In this document: positions 46,292 through 51,441 of the stretch, in pieces
Position numbering within the stretch: position 1 is the stretch's first letter
How the letters are laid out: each line of letters opens with the position of its first letter
Notes under the pieces: model-generated
What the model was told of the DNA's origin: nothing
Database searches by the model: none
Seen by the model: the letters and a program-made list of their open reading frames with translations, nothing else
Program-made: the position numbers and the translations under genes
From: a virus
Taxonomy: Duplodnaviria; Caudoviricetes
Reading direction: 5' to 3' (one strand)
Virus record (IMG/VR): IMGVR_UViG_3300022074_000068
Span: 1-51,441 of that record
Length of the DNA: 51,441 nt

Positions 46292-46510
46292 ATGGCAGAC
46301 AATCTTAATCAAGGTGCAGCCTATATAATGGGATCAGACAAAGTATCAGTTGATGATGCTCAAGGATCTAACAGCTTATATAGAGAAGGTCTTGAGTTTA
46401 CTATGGAAGTAAATCAAGATGCGTTGCAAGTTGACATGCCAAAGAAGCAAACAAAACCTACTGTTGAAGCTTCTTTATTTGCAATGGCTGACGACAAAAA
46501 CTACTTCTAA
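46292..46510 (+). CDS. small acidic hypothetical protein
   Basis: GGGAG RBS; GAAYIM..DK...LYRE motif. Confidence 0.7.
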   Translation: MADNLNQGAAYIMGSDKVSVDDAQGSNSLYREGLEFTMEVNQDALQVDMPKKQTKPTVEASLFAMADDKNYF

Positions 46511-46525
46511 ATTATAGGATAAATC

Positions 46526-48649
46526 ATGGCTGATGAGAGTTTTCTTCAACCTGATGACGATACCCCTGTATCTATTGAAAATCCACAAGATCAGATGCCC
46601 GGATTGGCAGGGTACGTTAAATCTAAGTTTGAAGATGCAGAGAACGGCAGACGTTCTCACGAACTAAAATGGTTACAGTCTTATAAAAACTTTAAAGGTA
46701 TTTACGATTCTACAACTCAGTATCGTGATTCCGAAAGATCAAAAGTATTTATCAAGATAACCAAAACTAAAGTTCTTGCTGCGTATGGACAAATAGTGGA
46801 TATACTATTTAGTAATAAAAAGTTTCCACTTGTTGTAGAACCTACTCCTATGCCTGAAGGCATCGAGGAGTTTGCTCACATGAAAACTCCATTAGATGAA
46901 GCTGAACAGCCAGTTGATCCGTTTGGCTTTGAAGGCGATGGTAGAGAGTTATCTCCCGGAGCCATGTCGGCTAGTGAACCACACAAGTTAGGAACATACG
47001 GTAAAGATTTTCCTGACATGTTGGCATCAGGACCTGCGAAGATGGGTGAGCCACAAGTTAAGCCTGCACAGAAGATGGCTATGAATATGGAGAAATGTAT
47101 TCATGATCAACTTATGGACAGTAACGCAGTCAACGTATTTCGTAAAGCTATATTTGAATCAGCACTACTTGGAACAGGCATAGTCAAAGGTCCGTTAAAC
47201 TTTTATAAACGTGTTCACAACTGGCAGATGAATCCTGACAGTGGACAAAAAGAATACAGTCCTTATGAAAAGATAATGCCACGTATTGAGTATGTATCTC
47301 TGTGGGATTTTCACCCTGATCCATCTGCAACAAGTATTGAAGATTGTGAATACGTAATACAAAGACATCGTATGAATCGCCAACAACTTCGTGGTCTGAT
47401 TAAACGACCATACTTTGATGCGTCAGCTATTGAAGAGTGTCTTGCAAAAGGACCTAACTACGAAGATAAATACTACGAAGATACCATACGTGAAGATGAT
47501 ACTGAACCTTACTATCAAGAAAACAGATACGAAGTTCTGGAGTATTGGGGTGTCATAGATAAAAAACTTGCAGATGAAGTTGGTATGGAAAATGCCAATG
47601 ATATGTCAGAGTTTGATCAGTTGCAAGTCAATGTATGGGTATGTGGTGGTATGGTAATTAGGTGTGTTGCAAATCCATTTACACCTGCACGATTACCTTT
47701 CCAAGCTTTTCCATTTGAGATAGATCCTTATCAAATATGGGGTGTCGGTGTTGCCGAGAATATGGAATACTCACAAAAGTTAATGAATGGTCACTATCGT
47801 ATGGCTATTGATAACTTAGCACTTGCAGGTAATCTTGTATTTGATGTAGACGAAGCAAGCTTAGTTCCCGGTCAAAACATGGATATATTCCCCGGTAAGA
47901 TATTTAGACGACAGTCAGGTGTAACAGGCACAGCAATCAACGGACTAAAGTTTCCAAACACTGCACCAGAAAACATACAGATGTATCAGATATCAAGACA
48001 ACTCGCTGATGAAGATACAGGTATACCATCTATACTACACGGACAAACAGGTGTAACAGGAACTGGTAGAACCGCTGCAGGACTATCCATGTTGATGGGT
48101 TCAGCAGGACTGGCAATGAAAACAGTTATAAAGAATATAGATGATCATTTACTAAAGCCACTAGGCGAATCTTTGTTTCAATGGAACATGCAGTTTAATG
48201 ATGATTTGGGGGAGATAAAAGGGGATCTAGAAATAAAACCTCGTGGGGTTGCAGCAGTTATGCAAAAAGAAGTGCGTACACAAAGATTAACTGCTTTGCT
48301 TCAAACCGTATCTAACCCAATGCTTGCACCTTTTATTAAGATACCTAACTTGATAAGAGAACTTGCAATAGCACAGGATATTGATCCTGATACGTTAGTC
48401 AATGATGCCAACGAAGCACAACTATACGCTGAAATGTTAAAAGGAATGATGGCTAATGTACAACAAGGAGCAGGCGAGGATGCTGTCGCCACTAATCAAC
48501 AGCAAGGAATGGGTCAACCTAGTGGAGTACCTCAACAACCTGAAGGAACTGACAGTCAAGGGTCTGGTAACGGCACAATCGGAGTCGGAGCTACGCCAAC
48601 TGCAGGGGAAACTGGCTTTACTGGAAATGCTCCTAGAGTTGAAGAATAA
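46526..48649 (+). CDS. portal protein
   Basis: 707 aa; S.VFIKITKTKVLAAYGQ, LGTGIVKGP, WG.GV.ENM...Q, RTA.GLSMLM; disordered Q/G-rich tail; between terminase and scaffold. Confidence 0.88.
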   Translation: MADESFLQPDDDTPVSIENPQDQMPGLAGYVKSKFEDAENGRRSHELKWLQSYKNFKGIYDSTTQYRDSERSKVFIKITKTKVLAAYGQIVDILFSNKKFPLVVEPTPMPEGIEEFAHMKTPLDEAEQPVDPFGFEGDGRELSPGAMSASEPHKLGTYGKDFPDMLASGPAKMGEPQVKPAQKMAMNMEKCIHDQLMDSNAVNVFRKAIFESALLGTGIVKGPLNFYKRVHNWQMNPDSGQKEYSPYEKIMPRIEYVSLWDFHPDPSATSIEDCEYVIQRHRMNRQQLRGLIKRPYFDASAIEECLAKGPNYEDKYYEDTIREDDTEPYYQENRYEVLEYWGVIDKKLADEVGMENANDMSEFDQLQVNVWVCGGMVIRCVANPFTPARLPFQAFPFEIDPYQIWGVGVAENMEYSQKLMNGHYRMAIDNLALAGNLVFDVDEASLVPGQNMDIFPGKIFRRQSGVTGTAINGLKFPNTAPENIQMYQISRQLADEDTGIPSILHGQTGVTGTGRTAAGLSMLMGSAGLAMKTVIKNIDDHLLKPLGESLFQWNMQFNDDLGEIKGDLEIKPRGVAAVMQKEVRTQRLTALLQTVSNPMLAPFIKIPNLIRELAIAQDIDPDTLVNDANEAQLYAEMLKGMMANVQQGAGEDAVATNQQQGMGQPSGVPQQPEGTDSQGSGNGTIGVGATPTAGETGFTGNAPRVEE

Positions 48650-48677
48650 TCACGAAAGAATAAATAAGAATGTCTGA
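48456..48677 (+). CDS. small helical protein overlapping the portal 3' end
   Basis: W..L.EYL...ELRQLQGK..LL..L..LK pattern typical of the small gene after the portal; AAAGGA upstream. Confidence 0.65.
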   Translation: MYNKEQARMLSPLINSKEWVNLVEYLNNLKELTVKGLVTAQSESELRQLQGKLALLEMLLELKNNHERINKNV

Positions 48678-51153
48678 ATTTTTTGACTTTGCTTTAGATT
48701 TTGGTCTTACTTACTTTGAACCACCTTCAGAGAAGAAAGATGTATTGTCAAGGGAACGTTACAGCAAAGGCAATGTAGATTTCTACGAGCAAAGTTTAGA
48801 TGACACTTTAGGAACTGGTATTGATCTTAAATTTAGAGACGATGATGATGAAGATGATAAAGAAGATGATATAAATGTAAATGTTGTAGGCGATTCAGGA
48901 GAAGATCAATCAACTTTATCATTTTCTGAAATGGAATCTTCATTTGATAAAGATCAGATTAGTTCTTCAAATATATATGATATGAGTATAGGAACTTATG
49001 GAGATGCACTATCAAAAGCAGGGTTTGCTGATAAGACACCATTCAATGTTTTTGGAAAAGACATATATACAGCAGGTGTACCAAAGACAACAGCAGAAGC
49101 AAAGGAAGGACTTGAAAAATTTATATCTAAAGAGGGTCTAGTAAACAAAGCTGTTAAAACAGGAGCTAGAATGTTAGGTATGAATCCTATGATAACAGGT
49201 GTGACTATGGGTTTTGCAAACGGTAAAACAGTAGAAGATCCATTAGGCAATCCAAGTTTTAGACCTAATCATTTTGCATTAGGTGCTATTCACGATATAA
49301 ATATGTCTATACAGTACGACAATATAAGTGCCATACAAGCATCGTTGCGAGATCCAAAAAGTAACATGAGGGGGTTTGCACAATATATAAACGGTCAACT
49401 TGTATCACGGGCCCCGGGAGAGTTTGCGTATAGTGGCACTGGTGCGATAGGACTAGATCAAGAAACATTAAACAGAATAGATGCTTTGTCAAAGGGTATC
49501 GTTCCAAGCACGTACGATTACAAAACTGAAACTGGAATAGCAGGAACACCTACAGGAAAAGGTGGTATGTATGACAGCAATGGCATGTATCATAATGTTT
49601 ATGGAACATATGGTATGGGGCCTCGTTCAGCATCTGAAGCTTTAGGTAAAAGTTCAGGACTTGGAACTGAAAAGATAGAAGAAATATTAGCTGAAGTAAG
49701 AGCAGATAAAAATAAAAATTTAAATGCAGAAATAGCAAAGGCACAAGCTGCAAATTTTGAGGAAGCACAAAGAAAACAAAGAGAAGAAGTAGAAAGACAG
49801 ATACGAGAGAAAGAAGCTGATACAAGTATTCCAACTGGACCTGATGATTATGGTGTTACAGATGATATATATTCAGCCTTTCAAGATACAACTCCTCAAG
49901 TAGACTACAGTTCTTATTATGATAATAATGATAATGATGACAGTCCGGGGGGAGGAAGTAGTTCTGGTGGTGATTCATCAGATATGGGATTCTCTACACG
50001 GTATGGTGGACAGATTGGTAAAGGTATGCAAGAGGGAGGTCCTGCAGGATTTATAGGCGGCCCACCAGAAAACTATAGCGATCAAACAACCATTGCAGAT
50101 GACATACCTCTAGAAGTCAAAGACGGTACTTTTGTTATAAATGCTCCTGCTGTAGAATATGCAGGATCAGATGATATTAGCGAAATGTTAACAAAAGCGT
50201 ACGAAAAAGCAGGACAAGCTATTGACAAATCTGGACAAAGGACTACAATACCAAGTAAGGAACAGATTAATATAATGATCTCACGAGGTGAGGTCGTAGT
50301 TCCTCCCCAAATAGCAAAGATCATAGGGTACGATCGTTTAGAGAAAATAAACAATCGTGGTAAAAAAGAAGTTACCAGACGACAGAAGCAAGGTAATCAA
50401 GAAAAGCCACAAGCTAGACAAGCTAACGAAGGTGGTATAATAACTATAGATGACATAAAATATAAAGAACGTTATCCAACTGCTGACAAAGCCAGAGAAG
50501 AAACAGAAAAAATATTACGATCTATACCCCTAGCTGACGCACTATCAATTATGATGTATGAAGAAGCAAATGTTTTAGGTGATAAAGGTATGGAGGGCGT
50601 AGCTCACGTATTTATGAATAGAGCAGATGCTGAAGGTTACAAAGATTTTGGTAAATCTTTAATTAATGAACTTTTAAAACGAACGTATACTAAAAACAGA
50701 ATATTTCAATTTAATGCTCTTGAACCAACTAAATTTAGAAATACTTTAAAAGTATTTAAAAAGAATAAAAATAAATATTTGAGCATACGTAATATAGCAG
50801 AAGAAGTCATCGCAGGTGCTAGAGAGGATTTTACAAAGGGAGCTTTGTTTTTTAAAAATCCTAAAGACTCTACTGAAAAAGGTTTTGCAAAAAGAGTAGC
50901 TTCTGGTGAACTTACTGAAACAGATAGAAGCAAAAAAGTGGGTGGTATTTTTCAACATATATATTACAGACCTAAAGACTTTGGCTTTGTTATGCAAGAA
51001 CCCTTGCCTGACACAGCTTCTGCACCAAAAGGTTTTATAGAAATACCAGAACGTAAAAGTCAAAATAGATTAAGAATACCTGAATCAAAGGGTGGATCAT
51101 TTCTGTTTAGAGGAAGTGATTATGAAAGAGGTGGAGCAACACCTGCTTTCTAA
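48670..51153 (+). CDS. multidomain virion protein with C-terminal SleB/Hydrolase_2 cell-wall hydrolase
   Basis: MMYEEA..LG.KGM.GVAHV.MNR, QFNAL, D.TKGALFF.NP, HIYY; central ADDIP...GTFVINA and ISRGEVVVP units. Confidence 0.75.
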   Translation: MSEFFDFALDFGLTYFEPPSEKKDVLSRERYSKGNVDFYEQSLDDTLGTGIDLKFRDDDDEDDKEDDINVNVVGDSGEDQSTLSFSEMESSFDKDQISSSNIYDMSIGTYGDALSKAGFADKTPFNVFGKDIYTAGVPKTTAEAKEGLEKFISKEGLVNKAVKTGARMLGMNPMITGVTMGFANGKTVEDPLGNPSFRPNHFALGAIHDINMSIQYDNISAIQASLRDPKSNMRGFAQYINGQLVSRAPGEFAYSGTGAIGLDQETLNRIDALSKGIVPSTYDYKTETGIAGTPTGKGGMYDSNGMYHNVYGTYGMGPRSASEALGKSSGLGTEKIEEILAEVRADKNKNLNAEIAKAQAANFEEAQRKQREEVERQIREKEADTSIPTGPDDYGVTDDIYSAFQDTTPQVDYSSYYDNNDNDDSPGGGSSSGGDSSDMGFSTRYGGQIGKGMQEGGPAGFIGGPPENYSDQTTIADDIPLEVKDGTFVINAPAVEYAGSDDISEMLTKAYEKAGQAIDKSGQRTTIPSKEQINIMISRGEVVVPPQIAKIIGYDRLEKINNRGKKEVTRRQKQGNQEKPQARQANEGGIITIDDIKYKERYPTADKAREETEKILRSIPLADALSIMMYEEANVLGDKGMEGVAHVFMNRADAEGYKDFGKSLINELLKRTYTKNRIFQFNALEPTKFRNTLKVFKKNKNKYLSIRNIAEEVIAGAREDFTKGALFFKNPKDSTEKGFAKRVASGELTETDRSKKVGGIFQHIYYRPKDFGFVMQEPLPDTASAPKGFIEIPERKSQNRLRIPESKGGSFLFRGSDYERGGATPAF

Positions 51154-51163
51154 AAAAGAATTA

Positions 51164-51226
51164 GTCAGCTACCCACACACGTGGCCCTGACAAACCGAAG
51201 CAGCTACCCACAGCCAGTGGCACTGC
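51164..51226 (+). promoter_or_regulatory. tandem hairpin RNA elements in the scaffold leader
   Basis: GTCAG-CTAC-CCAC-ACAC-GTGG-CC-CTGAC and GCAG-CTAC-CCAC-AGCCA-GTGG-CA-CTGC. Confidence 0.6.
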
Positions 51227-51245
51227 ATTAATGAGGTATAAAACT

Positions 51246-51441
51246 ATGGCAACACAAGTAAAGGGCGTAAGAGCCAACAAACCAAACGATTCATTTGGAG
51301 TAACAAACAACGACAATCTTTATCGTGGCAAATATCGTGAAGATGTTTACAAAGATGAAGAGGAACAAACAGAAGAAACTCAAGACCCCACACAAGTGGC
51401 TACTCAAGAGAAACCAAAACCTTCTGAAAATAGTTTTGCAG
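51246..51441 (+). CDS. putative capsid scaffolding protein (3' truncated)
   Basis: GAGG RBS; MATQVKGVRANKPNDSFG...LYRGKYREDVYKDEEEQTEE...; acidic; gene order portal, then scaffold, then capsid. Confidence 0.65.
   Translation, partial: MATQVKGVRANKPNDSFGVTNNDNLYRGKYREDVYKDEEEQTEETQDPTQVATQEKPKPSENSFA

Noticed and set aside
1-51441. tRNA genes, phage RNA polymerase, reassigned stop codons
   Set aside because: No cloverleaf or RNA polymerase motifs recognised; standard-code ORFs tile the window densely and all three stop codons are used.

Overview
The window is almost the whole genome of a marine short-tailed dsDNA phage, circularly permuted: it starts in the 3' end of the major capsid gene and ends in the probable scaffold gene. 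The family A DNA polymerase carries a DnaJ-type CxxCxGxG zinc-finger insert, there is a class II ribonucleotide reductase, and no phage RNA polymerase is seen. Together these point to the HMO-2011-like group of marine alphaproteobacterial podoviruses (inference). Layout: + strand capsid, basic small proteins, lysis, tail and ejection genes (1-24.7 kb); - strand replication arm (24.7-34.5 kb); + strand early/accessory genes (34.6-41.6 kb); a non-coding probable terminus/pac region (41.65-42.3 kb); + strand terminase, tyrosine recombinase, portal, cell-wall hydrolase protein and scaffold (42.3-51.4 kb). Most notable observations: (i) a candidate sRNA hairpin whose loop is complementary to the extended TGAAAGGAAA ribosome-binding site shared by the early genes; (ii) a tyrosine recombinase with a virion-protein-like C-terminal tail between TerL and portal; (iii) short shared peptide motifs (YSNxPRKPM and xxGG) on unrelated late proteins, suggesting a virion cargo-tagging or processing system; (iv) a polymerase split into exonuclease and polymerase genes; (v) Pro-Gly codon choice that avoids CCWGG; (vi) repeated operator-like hairpins at the scaffold gene; (vii) a metallothionein-like micro-ORF. 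All calls come from motif reading by eye; no database searches were run.
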